Source: Syntrophales bacterium
GTDB lineage: Bacteria; Desulfobacterota; Syntrophia; Syntrophales; PHBD01
Reading direction: 5' to 3'
Assembly (NCBI GenBank): GCA_963668175.1
Contig: OY764159.1
Span: 4,352,001-4,416,000, forward strand
Length of the DNA stretch: 64,000 nt
Below, in pieces: positions 1-9,610 of this stretch. How positions within the stretch are numbered: position 1 is the first letter of the stretch; the number at the start of each line of letters is the position of its first letter. A model generated the notes under the pieces. That model saw nothing but the letters and a program-made list of their open reading frames with translations, did not search any database and had not been told where the DNA came from. The position numbers and the translations under genes were made by a program.

Positions 1-50
1 TATCTGATATGCTGCCTACCGCTCAGACGTCCAATAAGGAGAAAGGCCAC

Positions 51-1175
51 ATGGAGCAGAAAGGCTTTCAGGAAAATCCCATCGTAGAAATGTCCAGAGA
101 CATGTTTGTAAGCAGTTTCAACGCGATGAAGGTTTTTCAGGAGCATATGGTCGATCTCTACCTATCTGCCATACCGGTTATTCCTGATGAACTGAGGGTG
201 TTCATCAAGCACCTTCTGAGCATACACCACAAGGGCAGGGAGATGATTCTCGCTCAGATCGTCCAGGAATACGAAAAGGCCGGTTTTCTCTTTCCCCATG
301 AAAAAGCGGAAACGGCCGCCTCAGTGGTTATGAAGGATGTCGAAGAGAAAATTCTCGGCAAAATGGATTTCGGCTTCAATCCGAATGTCCTCAAGGTCTT
401 AAGCAATCCCAACAGCAGCCAGCGGGATATCGAAGCCTTAAAAGGCCGCATCAGCCCCGAGGTCCTGGCCTGCATCATGAATATCGCCAACTCCGCCTAT
501 TTCGGGACCTTGAAGAAAGGCAAGGTAAAAACGTTTTATGAAGCCGTCATGCTCCTGGGCATGAAGCATACGGAAGTTCTCATTCTCTATTTTTCCCTCT
601 TCATTCTCGTGAAGGACAAGGATGCGGAACTGATCCTCGCCAAGAGCTTCGCCCGCTATGTTTTGGGAGGACAAGTCTATGCCAGGGATTTAGGCCTTAA
701 TGCCGAGGCAACCTTTGTCGTGGAACTGGGATGCCTCTTTATGGACATCGGCAAAATCATCCTCTATCTGTACAAGGCAAAGTATCCGGAAGATTACGAG
801 CGCTTCCATATCGACGAGGAATTCATCGACCGTCACCATGCCGTTATAGGCAGGAGAATCTGCAGCAAGCTGGACATTCCCGAAGACCTCAGCCGGATCA
901 TCTTTCACAGGCATTTCGTCCTGGATGCCAAGCATATTTCCTTGTCGGGAATTCTGAAGACCGTCTACGCCATCGTCGAGTCTCTCTTCAAAGAAAACGG
1001 GGATCAGATTGTCATTATGTCCCCCATGCCCGATGACCGGGAGATGCTCATTCACTCCTTCGGGGTCGTCATGAGAGACCTCTTCCAGGCGGCTGGTTTA
1101 TCCCGTTACCTGACGATCATCCACACACAGCCGCCATCCCTGCTTGAGGAATCCGCTGAAACGAACAATGACTGA
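51..1175 (+). CDS. HDOD domain protein with N-terminal phasin-like helical segment
   Basis: HDOD motifs 'IMNIANSAYFG', 'EAVMLLG', 'LFMDIGKIIL' (HD degenerate to MD), 'HHAVIG'. AAGGAG upstream of ATG 51; the ORF track starts at 9. Confidence 0.8.
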   Translation: MEQKGFQENPIVEMSRDMFVSSFNAMKVFQEHMVDLYLSAIPVIPDELRVFIKHLLSIHHKGREMILAQIVQEYEKAGFLFPHEKAETAASVVMKDVEEKILGKMDFGFNPNVLKVLSNPNSSQRDIEALKGRISPEVLACIMNIANSAYFGTLKKGKVKTFYEAVMLLGMKHTEVLILYFSLFILVKDKDAELILAKSFARYVLGGQVYARDLGLNAEATFVVELGCLFMDIGKIILYLYKAKYPEDYERFHIDEEFIDRHHAVIGRRICSKLDIPEDLSRIIFHRHFVLDAKHISLSGILKTVYAIVESLFKENGDQIVIMSPMPDDREMLIHSFGVVMRDLFQAAGLSRYLTIIHTQPPSLLEESAETNND

Positions 1176-1201
1176 AAGGGGCTATGCCCGTTTCTATCGG
1201 A

Positions 1202-1417
1202 TCATTTTTCGGTTCTTCTTTCGTTTCCCTTATGTTTATACCATCGTCTGGCAATGATCTCGGCGAATACATAGATGCCGATGGCGGGTCCCAGGATGTT
1301 GGCGAAGAAAGCGAGGGGATTGCTGCGGAGAAGTCCCTGGGTGTACAGGACGGTCAGATAAAAGACGGACAGAATAGTGAAAAGAATCCAAGTCAAACGT
1401 GACTTCGGCGGTTTCAT
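1202..1417 (-). CDS. small hypothetical membrane protein (2 TM)
   Basis: 71 aa with two hydrophobic stretches and a basic C-terminus; GGAGG upstream at somewhat long spacing. Confidence 0.55.
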   Translation of the reverse strand: MKPPKSRLTWILFTILSVFYLTVLYTQGLLRSNPLAFFANILGPAIGIYVFAEIIARRWYKHKGNERRTEK

Positions 1418-1644
1418 GGCTTATCCATTACCTCCGGTTCAATATCTCTATCATCATTTCCTCCGGCAGACAATCGATATTCGTTTGTCGTCCAATGAAT
1501 ACGTTGACGACGGCTGCACGGACAAGCCAATACATGATCGGTACTTGAGAAAACATCCCTTCCATTTGACATTCACCAGACCGTACCTAATTTAAACTTC
1601 AGGAAGATCGTCTTGAAGAAAAGCAAGAAAACCATTCAAGGCGA

Positions 1645-2679
1645 ATGAAGAAAGCGGTGATTGCCATGTCGACACACAGCGGAAGCGTAAAAACAGCGAC
1701 TTTTGCCGGCGGTTGTTTCTGGTGCCTGGAAGCCGACCTGAAAAAAATTCCGGGCGTCATAAAGGTCGTTTCCGGCTATACGGGGGGCAGCAAAACAAAC
1801 CCGACCTACGAAGAAGTCTGTGCGGGCCGCACGGGACACGTTGAAGCCGTACAAGTGACGTACGATCCGTCGAGAATCGATTACGAACAGCTACTTGACG
1901 CGTTCTTTCGGCACATCGATCCGACCGACGCAGGGGGCCAGTTCGTCGACCGGGGCGGGCAATACAGAACAGCCGTCTTCTATCATAGCGAAGAACAGCG
2001 GATGGCCGCCGAAGCGTCTAAAGCAAGACTCAATCAGTCCGGGCAGTTCAGTAAACCGGTCGTTACAGAAATCGTCGAAGCGACGACATTTTATGAGGCA
2101 GAGCCCTACCATCAGGACTATGAGAAAAAGAACCCCCTCAGATATAAATTCTACCGCCAGGGATCGGGACGGGACAGTTTCCTGAACGAAACGTGGAATG
2201 AACGCGGTGCAGTGGCCGGAAGATCATCCGGGAGCGACTATGAGAAGCCGGACGACGGGCTGTTGAAACAGAAGCTCTCGGGTATGCAGTACGAAGTGAC
2301 GCAGCACTGCGGAACGGAGCCGCCATTTCGCAACGAATACTGGGACAACAAGCGGGATGGCATTTATGTGGACGTCGTCTCCGGCGAGCCTCTTTTCAGT
2401 TCCCTCGATAAATTCGACTCCGGCACAGGCTGGCCCAGCTTTACCAGACCTCTGGAACGAGGTAATGTTGTGGAAAAAATTGATCGCAGCCACGGCATGA
2501 CCCGCACGGAAACAAGAAGCAGGCACGCCGATTCCCACATCGGCCACGTCTTTCCCGACGGCCCCGCACCCACAGGTCTCAGGTACTGCATCAATTCAGC
2601 CGCTTTGCGTTTCATCCCCAAAGAGGATTTAGCCCAGGAGGGTTACGGGCAATATCTGGGGCTGTTTGACCGACGCTGA
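1645..2679 (+). CDS. msrAB: bifunctional peptide-methionine sulfoxide reductase MsrA/MsrB
   Basis: MsrA 'GGCFWC', 'GYTGG', 'AEPYHQDY'; MsrB 'GTEPPF', 'SGTGWPSF', 'GHVFPDGP', 'RYCINSAAL'. Confidence 0.97.
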   Translation: MKKAVIAMSTHSGSVKTATFAGGCFWCLEADLKKIPGVIKVVSGYTGGSKTNPTYEEVCAGRTGHVEAVQVTYDPSRIDYEQLLDAFFRHIDPTDAGGQFVDRGGQYRTAVFYHSEEQRMAAEASKARLNQSGQFSKPVVTEIVEATTFYEAEPYHQDYEKKNPLRYKFYRQGSGRDSFLNETWNERGAVAGRSSGSDYEKPDDGLLKQKLSGMQYEVTQHCGTEPPFRNEYWDNKRDGIYVDVVSGEPLFSSLDKFDSGTGWPSFTRPLERGNVVEKIDRSHGMTRTETRSRHADSHIGHVFPDGPAPTGLRYCINSAALRFIPKEDLAQEGYGQYLGLFDRR

Positions 2680-2719
2680 TTAAACGTCCCGCCGGTTATT
2701 TTCAGGAGATAGTGACTTC

Positions 2720-3166
2720 ATGAAGCCGTGGATGAAATATGCCGCTCCGTCCATTCTGGCGGTCTTATTGGCGTGCACAGGAGGCAGGCCGACCGACATC
2801 GGCGTCAGGGACGGCAGGCTTGCCCCGTGCCCCGATTCGCCGAATTGCGTCTCCTCCCAGGCAAGCGACGGCAAGCATCGGATCGACCCCCTGCGCTACG
2901 AGGGGACAGAGGAGAAGGCCAAAGAGAGGCTGCTCGCTATCCTTAAAGGCATAGGGCGATCGAACATCGTTCTGGACGATAAGCATTACCTCCATGCGGA
3001 ATTCACGTCCACCCTCTTCCGTTTCGTGGATGACGGCGAATTCCTCTTTAACGACAAGGAAAAAACGATCCAGATAAGATCGGCTGCCCGTTCAGGGTAT
3101 TACGACTTCGGCGTCAACAGGCGTAGGATGGAGGTGATCAGATCAGGGCTCGTCAGTCAGCCATAA
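2720..3166 (+). CDS. DUF1499 family lipoprotein
   Basis: Lipobox 'LLAC'; 'LAPCPDSPNCVSSQ', 'FRFVDD', 'RSAARSGYYDFGVNRRR'. Confidence 0.9.
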   Translation: MKPWMKYAAPSILAVLLACTGGRPTDIGVRDGRLAPCPDSPNCVSSQASDGKHRIDPLRYEGTEEKAKERLLAILKGIGRSNIVLDDKHYLHAEFTSTLFRFVDDGEFLFNDKEKTIQIRSAARSGYYDFGVNRRRMEVIRSGLVSQP

Positions 3167-3212
3167 CGTTCTCCAAGAAATAGCCCTTCCATAAAATCTT
3201 TTCTGAAAAAAC

Positions 3213-3258
3213 TTGACACGGGTTTGTTTTCGGGTTATAAAGTTTCCTATCAGGATAC
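3213..3258 (+). promoter_or_regulatory. sigma70 promoter plus adjacent palindromic operator candidate
   Basis: TTGACA(3213-3218)-17 nt-TATAAA(3236-3241), followed by imperfect palindrome GTTTCCT-ATC-AGGATAC (3242-3258). Confidence 0.7.
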
Positions 3259-3338
3259 CTCGAGTGCCCATCTTTGGCACATGTAAACATATAGTTATAT
3301 ATTCCGGGTTAAAATATAACCATTAACTATATACCATC

Positions 3339-3932
3339 ATGAAACCCGTATCTACCATTATCGAATCCGACATCGGCAAGCGTATCAAGCTTCTCAGAAC
3401 CGACAAGGGCATCACGCTCGACCAGTTGGCTAAACAAACTGGTTTTACCAAGGGTTATCTCTCAAAAGTCGAAAAATCGGAAAAAGCACCCCCGGTTTCG
3501 ACGCTGGGCCTCATCGCCGGAAACCTGGGGACGACGATATCCGTTCTTCTAGGCGAAGGGAACAACGCCATACCCATCAGTCTGGTCAAGAAAGGAGAAC
3601 GACCCCTGATTGCCAGAAACGGCACGGCCTTCGGCTATTCCTACGAAGCCGTGGCACACACCTTCCCCGGCAAAGTCATGGAGCCGTTCGTCTTGACGCT
3701 GCCTGTCAACCCCAAGAAGAAGACGCTCTATCAACATCAGGGGCAGGAGATTCTCTTTGTCCTCGAAGGAACGATGAAGTTCTTACACGGGTCGGACATA
3801 TTCATCGTCGAAGAGGGGGACTGCGTCTATTTCGACTCCCGCATTCCCCATTTCGGCGAATCCGTGGGCACGAAAGAAGTTAAATGTTTTATGGTCATTT
3901 ATAACCCTGTGGACAGGGAGAAGGCGTCTTAA
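3339..3932 (+). CDS. XRE-family HTH / cupin transcriptional regulator
   Basis: N-terminal HTH 'ITLDQLAKQTGFTKGYLSKVE'; C-terminal cupin 'HQGQEILFVLEG...EGDCVYFDSRIPH'. Confidence 0.93.
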   Translation: MKPVSTIIESDIGKRIKLLRTDKGITLDQLAKQTGFTKGYLSKVEKSEKAPPVSTLGLIAGNLGTTISVLLGEGNNAIPISLVKKGERPLIARNGTAFGYSYEAVAHTFPGKVMEPFVLTLPVNPKKKTLYQHQGQEILFVLEGTMKFLHGSDIFIVEEGDCVYFDSRIPHFGESVGTKEVKCFMVIYNPVDREKAS

Positions 3933-3936
3933 AGCG

Positions 3937-4890
3937 ATGAATATCCAGGACATCCGTCGAATCGGCGTTCTCGGGGCCGGCCTTATGGGACACGGCATCG
4001 CGCAGGTCTTTGCCACGGCAGGCTATAGAGTATCCGTCTTCGATGCAGACAGGGCCACCCGGCTTTCGGCCAAAAACAGAATTGCCGCCAACTTCGATAC
4101 GTTCATCAAGCTTGATCTGGCCAAGCCTGAAGACAGGGATCGGTGCCTGGAAAACATCGCCGTAGCCGAGGATATCCCATCATTATGCGAGGGCGCCCAC
4201 GTCATCATCGAAGCCATCGCGGAAGACATGGCCGTCAAAAAGAAAACCTACGGGGAACTTGAGAAATATGCGTCTTCCGATACGATCCTGACCAGCAACA
4301 CATCCGCCCTGAGCATCACTGACATCGGCGAAGCGCTAGTCCACAAAAAACGCTTTTTGGGCACGCATTTCTGGAACCCGCCCCATATCGTCCCCTGTGT
4401 CGAGGTTATCATGGGAAAAGACACGGGCGAAGAGGCCTTTGAAACGATTTACAGCCTCATGGGAAAAGTGGATAAAGTGCCTGTCCGGGTGCTTAAGGAC
4501 ATACCGGGGTTCCTCGGAAACCGCCTCCAGCACGCCATGTGGCGTGAAGCCATATCATTGAGAGAACAAAATATCGCCAGCGCCGAAGACATCGACAAGG
4601 TGGTAAAATACGGATTCGGAGTCCGTATGCCGTTCATCGGCCCCCTCGAAACAGCCGATCTCGCCGGTCTGGCCCTCACATACGACATTCAGAAATATCT
4701 ATTTCCTTACCTCGAGTCTTCTCCGGAGCCATCAGCCGCCCTTTCCAATCTCGTTGCTGCCGGAGCGACAGGCGTAAAAACCGGGCGGGGGTTTTACGAA
4801 TGGTCTCCTGACAAGATTCAGCAACTCATCAGTCAAAGGGACACGGTGCTTCTTAGGATAATCCATGAAATCGTCAAGTCGGTCAAGTAA
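3937..4890 (+). CDS. 3-hydroxyacyl-CoA dehydrogenase family protein
   Basis: Rossmann 'GAGLMGHGIA', 'EAIAED', 'SNTS', 'HFWNPPH', 'PGFLGNRLQ', 'GPLETADLAG'. Confidence 0.92.
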   Translation: MNIQDIRRIGVLGAGLMGHGIAQVFATAGYRVSVFDADRATRLSAKNRIAANFDTFIKLDLAKPEDRDRCLENIAVAEDIPSLCEGAHVIIEAIAEDMAVKKKTYGELEKYASSDTILTSNTSALSITDIGEALVHKKRFLGTHFWNPPHIVPCVEVIMGKDTGEEAFETIYSLMGKVDKVPVRVLKDIPGFLGNRLQHAMWREAISLREQNIASAEDIDKVVKYGFGVRMPFIGPLETADLAGLALTYDIQKYLFPYLESSPEPSAALSNLVAAGATGVKTGRGFYEWSPDKIQQLISQRDTVLLRIIHEIVKSVK

Positions 4891-4951
4891 GACTGACGAT
4901 TTGTGGATTTTATTCGTCAAGCAGTGAAAACAGATACGATGAGGTGAACGT

Positions 4952-5812
4952 ATGGGAGATATCCCTGTCTTCTTCCTGCACGGGCTTGCCTATGCCGGTC
5001 TCCTTTTCCTCGTTTCCGCGGGATTGACCCTGGTGTTCGGCATGATGAACGTTCTCAACTTCGCCCATGCCGCCATGTACATGCTGGGCGCCTATTTTTC
5101 CTTCACGATGCTCCAGATGACGGGCCAATTCTGGCTTTCGCTGATGGTTTGTCCTCTTCTTTTGTTCATCATCGGAGCCCTTATCGAGCGGTTTCTGCTC
5201 CGCCGCGTCCACGTCCACGGGCATCTGCACGAACTGCTTCTGACCTTCGGGCTCGCGTACATCATCACGGAACTCGTAAAATGGACGTGGGGCAATTACC
5301 CTCTGGCCGTCAATATCGGCGGATACCTGGGAGACACGATTGAAATTTTCGGGTTCGTTTATCCCGTTTACCGGATATTCATCTTTGTCTGCGGCGTCTT
5401 CGTGGGAGGCGTCATGGCCCTGATCCTCTATAAAACGCGGCTGGGAATTATTCTGCGTGCCGCCGTCAACGACGGAGAGATGGTCAATGCCTTGGGTATC
5501 AATGTCCCGCTGGTCTTTACAGGCGTCTTCGCATTCGGCGCCGCCCTTTCGGGCTTCGCCGGCGTCATCGCAGGCCCCCTCCTGACCACCTACCCGGGCA
5601 TGGCCGCAGAAATCCTCATCGACGCCTTCGTCGTCATCGTCGTCGGCGGGTTCGGCAGTCTGGGAGGCGCCGTAATCGCCTCGTTCATCATCGGGGAGCT
5701 CCAGTCATTCGGTGTGCTCCTCTTCCCGAAGCTCTCGCTGGCCCTGGTCTATCTCCTTATGGCCGCCGTATTGATCATTAAACCATCCGGACTTTTTGGC
5801 GAGGAAGAATAA
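4952..5812 (+). CDS. branched-chain amino acid-type ABC transporter permease (LivH-like)
   Basis: 'GLTLVFGMMNVLNFAH', 'TRLGIILRA', 'VVIVVGGFGS', 'KPSGLFG'. Confidence 0.93.
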   Translation: MGDIPVFFLHGLAYAGLLFLVSAGLTLVFGMMNVLNFAHAAMYMLGAYFSFTMLQMTGQFWLSLMVCPLLLFIIGALIERFLLRRVHVHGHLHELLLTFGLAYIITELVKWTWGNYPLAVNIGGYLGDTIEIFGFVYPVYRIFIFVCGVFVGGVMALILYKTRLGIILRAAVNDGEMVNALGINVPLVFTGVFAFGAALSGFAGVIAGPLLTTYPGMAAEILIDAFVVIVVGGFGSLGGAVIASFIIGELQSFGVLLFPKLSLALVYLLMAAVLIIKPSGLFGEEE

Positions 5813-6810
5813 TGATGAAGAAAACGACACCTTACCTGTTTATAATCGCTCTTTTCGCCCTGGGAGCCGCGGCACCCTTCGTCATTAAGCCGTACCATCT
5901 CAACATGCTGACGGAGATCATCGTCTTCGCCCTTTTTGCCGTCAGCTACAACCTCCTTCTGGGATACGCCGGGCTCCTCTCCTTCGGACATGCCATGTTC
6001 TTCGGCACAGGCGCCTTCACGGTGGCCGTGGCGATGATCCACATCCCCGGACTCTCCATGTGGAATGCCATTCTTCTGGCCGTCGCCGTGACGACCGCCG
6101 TCGGCTTCATCATCGGGGGTTTGCTCCTTCGTCATAAGGGTTCCTATTTCGCCCTGCTGACGTTGGCTTTCAATTCCCTCTTCTACGCCGTTGCAACCAA
6201 ATGGAACGAAATCACCGGCGGCGACGACGGACTAAGCATCACCCGCCCCGATCTCAACCTCGGATTCACGGACATCTCCATGTCGGGACTGACGGAATTC
6301 TATTACTTCACCCTTATCGTCATCGGGATCACGATCGTCTTCGCATGGTATTTCACCAAGACAGCCATGGGACAGACCATTCTTTTGATGCGGGAAAACG
6401 AGGAACGGATGAAGTTTATGGGATACAACACGAACATCAGCCGCCTGATTCTCTTCACATTCACTGGCGCGCTGGCGGGACTGGCAGGGGCCTTCTATAC
6501 CCTCCACTTTCAGTTTGTCTCCATCTCCGCCATCAGCGGCGATATGACGACGACGGTTTTGCTCATGACCTTTGTGGGAGGCGCCGGCACCTTCTGGGGT
6601 CCGATGCTGGGGACTTTTGTCTATATCATTCTGCAGAATTATCTGAGCGACATAACGGACCGCTGGCCGCTCTTCATGGGCATCATCTTTATCATGATGG
6701 TTCTCTTCATTCCCGGGGGACTCTCCCAGGTCATCCTGTCGATCAAGAGGCTTTTTAGCGGCAACGGCGGCAAGAACAGACCGATTGCGACGGAGGAAAT
6801 GTCTTCATGA
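5812..6810 (+). CDS. branched-chain amino acid-type ABC transporter permease (LivM-like)
   Basis: 'NLLLGYAGLLSFGHAMFFG', 'YFALLTLAF', 'TGGDDG', 'GGAGTFWGP'. Confidence 0.93.
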   Translation: MMKKTTPYLFIIALFALGAAAPFVIKPYHLNMLTEIIVFALFAVSYNLLLGYAGLLSFGHAMFFGTGAFTVAVAMIHIPGLSMWNAILLAVAVTTAVGFIIGGLLLRHKGSYFALLTLAFNSLFYAVATKWNEITGGDDGLSITRPDLNLGFTDISMSGLTEFYYFTLIVIGITIVFAWYFTKTAMGQTILLMRENEERMKFMGYNTNISRLILFTFTGALAGLAGAFYTLHFQFVSISAISGDMTTTVLLMTFVGGAGTFWGPMLGTFVYIILQNYLSDITDRWPLFMGIIFIMMVLFIPGGLSQVILSIKRLFSGNGGKNRPIATEEMSS

Positions 6811-7550
6811 GCGATTACCTTCACGTCAAAGACATCCACAAAGACTTCTCGGGGCTCAAGGTGCTTACAGGCGTCGATTTCAAAGTACAGGAAAAGGAAC
6901 GGCATGCGGTCATCGGTCCGAACGGGGCCGGCAAAACGACGCTTTTCAACATCATCAGCGGAAAATTCAGGGCTTCATCGGGCGCTATTTTACTCAAAGG
7001 CCGGGACATTTGCGGAAAACCTGCGCACGTCCTGAATCGCCACGGGCTGGCGCGTTCTTTCCAAATCACCAACGTTTTTCAGGAATTGAGCGTATTCGAC
7101 AATATCCTGTCCGGCGTCAGGTCCAGGCATGGACTGCGCTATCATTTTTTCCGCCAGCCGGGCCACAACCGCAAAATCAACGAACTTACAGAAGACATTG
7201 CAGAAAAAGTCGGGCTTGCCGATGTCATGCACATGCCTGTCAGCGCCTTATCCTACGGACAGCAGCGCGCCCTCGAAATCGCCATCACCCTTTCGACGGA
7301 GCCTGAACTCATCCTCCTCGATGAACCGACCGCCGGCATGACCCGCGAAGAGACCAGCCACGCCATCCGGATGATCGACCAGGTCACTGCCGGCCGCACC
7401 CTGATCATCATCGAGCATGACATGGACGTGGTCTTTTCGCTGGCCGATACGATTTCGGTTCTTCATTACGGGACAATCCTCGTTTCGGGAAAGCCAGACG
7501 AGATCCGCAACGATCAGCGGGTAAAAGACGCCTACCTTGGAGACGGCTGA
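6807..7550 (+). CDS. ABC transporter ATP-binding protein (LivG-like)
   Basis: Walker A 'GPNGAGKTT', 'LSYGQQRALE', Walker B 'LLDEPTAG', 'IEHDM'. Confidence 0.95.
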   Translation: MSDYLHVKDIHKDFSGLKVLTGVDFKVQEKERHAVIGPNGAGKTTLFNIISGKFRASSGAILLKGRDICGKPAHVLNRHGLARSFQITNVFQELSVFDNILSGVRSRHGLRYHFFRQPGHNRKINELTEDIAEKVGLADVMHMPVSALSYGQQRALEIAITLSTEPELILLDEPTAGMTREETSHAIRMIDQVTAGRTLIIIEHDMDVVFSLADTISVLHYGTILVSGKPDEIRNDQRVKDAYLGDG

Positions 7551-7552
7551 CT

Positions 7553-8263
7553 ATGCTGGAAATCAAGAACATTCAAAGCTACTACGGAAAGAGTCATATC
7601 CTGCAGGGCGTATCCATGACCCTGAAGGAAGGGGAACTGGTCTGCCTGCTCGGACGTAATGGCGTCGGAAAGACGACGACCTTAAAGAGCATCATGGGAC
7701 TCGTCAAACCGACGGAAGGCAGCATCCGTTTTCGGGATCAGGAACTCATTGGGAAACAGCCTTATGAAGTCGCCCGACTCGGCGTCGGATATGTCCCGGA
7801 AGACAGGCGCATCTTCAGGAGTCTCACCGTCCATGAGAACCTTCTTATCGGAATAAAAAGCGCAGACAAGAATAACGGAACGAATACGCCGTGGACCGTC
7901 GAAAAGGTCTACGAAATATTTCCCCGCCTGAAAGAGCGGCGGGAAAACAAAGGCGGACATCTTTCCGGAGGGGAACAGCAGATGTTGACCGTGGCCAGGA
8001 CACTGATGGGAAACCCGAATCTTATCCTCGTCGATGAACCTACGGAAGGCCTGGCGCCGCTCATCGTAAGGGATGTTTTGGAGATGCTTGCCACGGTGCG
8101 TAATGCAGGTGTGACGGTCCTGATGGTGGAACAGAATTTCAAGGCTTCCATCAAAGTCGCGGACCGCTTTTATATTATGGGAAAAGGTCACATCGTCTTT
8201 GAAGGAGACACGGCAGCCCTGCTTGCGGCTGAAGATGTGCGAAAGAATTATCTGGAGGTTTAA
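7553..8263 (+). CDS. ABC transporter ATP-binding protein (LivF-like)
   Basis: 'GRNGVGKTT', 'LSGGEQQML', 'DEPTEGLAP', 'VEQN'. Confidence 0.95.
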   Translation: MLEIKNIQSYYGKSHILQGVSMTLKEGELVCLLGRNGVGKTTTLKSIMGLVKPTEGSIRFRDQELIGKQPYEVARLGVGYVPEDRRIFRSLTVHENLLIGIKSADKNNGTNTPWTVEKVYEIFPRLKERRENKGGHLSGGEQQMLTVARTLMGNPNLILVDEPTEGLAPLIVRDVLEMLATVRNAGVTVLMVEQNFKASIKVADRFYIMGKGHIVFEGDTAALLAAEDVRKNYLEV

Positions 8264-8295
8264 GGACAACGAAATCGTTTAACGGAGGTGGACAA

Positions 8296-9513
8296 ATGAA
8301 GAGGAAGATGATGTGTGGTTTTATGGTTTTTTCCATGCTGCTGTTCCTTTCAACGCCGGCGATGGCTGCAGCGGCCCAGGATACAATCAAGATCGGCGGC
8401 ACGGAACCGCTTTCGGGCACTTTTAAGGACATCGGCGAACGCTACCTGGAAGGTGTCCAGTACGCCGCCAAGGTCATCAATGAAAGCGGAGGACTCCTGG
8501 GGAAAAAGGTCGAAGTCATCCCCATCGACTCGGAATTGAAACCGGACGTGGCGACCCGGAAGGCGCAAAACCTGATCCTCAAGGACGGCGTTAAGTTCTT
8601 CTGCGGCGGCACGGGCAGCTCCGTGGGCGCGGCCATGGCCCAATTGGCCGAGAAACAGAATGTCATTATGTTTACTTACGGCATGGACGCATCCAGCATG
8701 ACCGGTGACAAATGCAACAAGAATTTCTTCCGTCCCGGCGGCAGCACTGACGGCAGGTCTTTCGCCCTGGCCCAGTTGGTTGCCAAAAAAGGCTACAAGA
8801 AAGTCGGTATCATAGCCCAGGACTACTCCTTCGGGAAAGAGGCCGTGGCGGCATTCAAGAAGAAAATAGCCCAGATCAGCCCCTCCACCAAAATCGTCGC
8901 CGAAATATATCATCCCGCCGGCACGAAAGACTACGCCCCTTATGCAAGCCAGCTCATTGCCGCCAAACCCGACGTCATCTTCACGCCCAACTGGGGCAAC
9001 GACCTGACGCTCCTTCTCAAGCAGGGACGCCCCATGGGATTGAAGCAGAAAGTATTCTCCTACTACATCAACGACGAGGTCATGATCAAGACTCTGGGTG
9101 ACGACAAACTCATCATCGGCGACATGGGAGCGGAAATCTACACACTGTCGATCCCCACCAAGAAGAACCAGGAATTCATCGCCAAATTCTATAAGGACAA
9201 GGGATATTATCCGACCTGGCTCCGTGGGAAATCCTTTATTGCCACGATGTTCTGGGCGGAAGCCGTCAAGAAAGCCGGTACGACGGACGTAGCGGCCGTC
9301 ATCAAGGCATGGGAAGGACTTACTTATGACGGGCCCGCCGGAAAATGGACGATGCGGGCGTGCGATCACCAGGCCCAAGTCCCTTATTGGTATGTGGAAA
9401 TCGTAAAAAACAACAAATTCTTCAAGGAGCATGCCTTCGAGGGACCGGCGACCATGATCCCGGCGAAGGATGTAGAGGTGCCTTGCAACCAGACCGGATG
9501 CAAGATGAAGTAG
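8296..9513 (+). CDS. ABC transporter substrate-binding protein (Liv/type I family)
   Basis: Signal peptide; 'IKIGGTEPLSG', 'INESGGLLGKKVE', 'DYSFG', 'RACDHQ'; GGAGG RBS. Confidence 0.92.
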   Translation: MKRKMMCGFMVFSMLLFLSTPAMAAAAQDTIKIGGTEPLSGTFKDIGERYLEGVQYAAKVINESGGLLGKKVEVIPIDSELKPDVATRKAQNLILKDGVKFFCGGTGSSVGAAMAQLAEKQNVIMFTYGMDASSMTGDKCNKNFFRPGGSTDGRSFALAQLVAKKGYKKVGIIAQDYSFGKEAVAAFKKKIAQISPSTKIVAEIYHPAGTKDYAPYASQLIAAKPDVIFTPNWGNDLTLLLKQGRPMGLKQKVFSYYINDEVMIKTLGDDKLIIGDMGAEIYTLSIPTKKNQEFIAKFYKDKGYYPTWLRGKSFIATMFWAEAVKKAGTTDVAAVIKAWEGLTYDGPAGKWTMRACDHQAQVPYWYVEIVKNNKFFKEHAFEGPATMIPAKDVEVPCNQTGCKMK

Positions 9514-9549
9514 GAAAAGATGTAACCCGATCAGAACCATCAGTACGGA

Positions 9550-9579
9550 CGGGCCGGCATCGCAACGATCGCCGGCCCG
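9550..9579 (+). other. intra-operon GC-rich hairpin after the SBP gene
   Basis: CGGGCCGGC(9550-9558)/GCCGGCCCG(9571-9579) with inner ATCG/CGAT; no U-tract, so more likely an mRNA stabiliser than a terminator. Confidence 0.5.
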
Positions 9580-9610
9580 CCTGTCCCTATTTACAGGAAA
9601 GAGTATCTTT

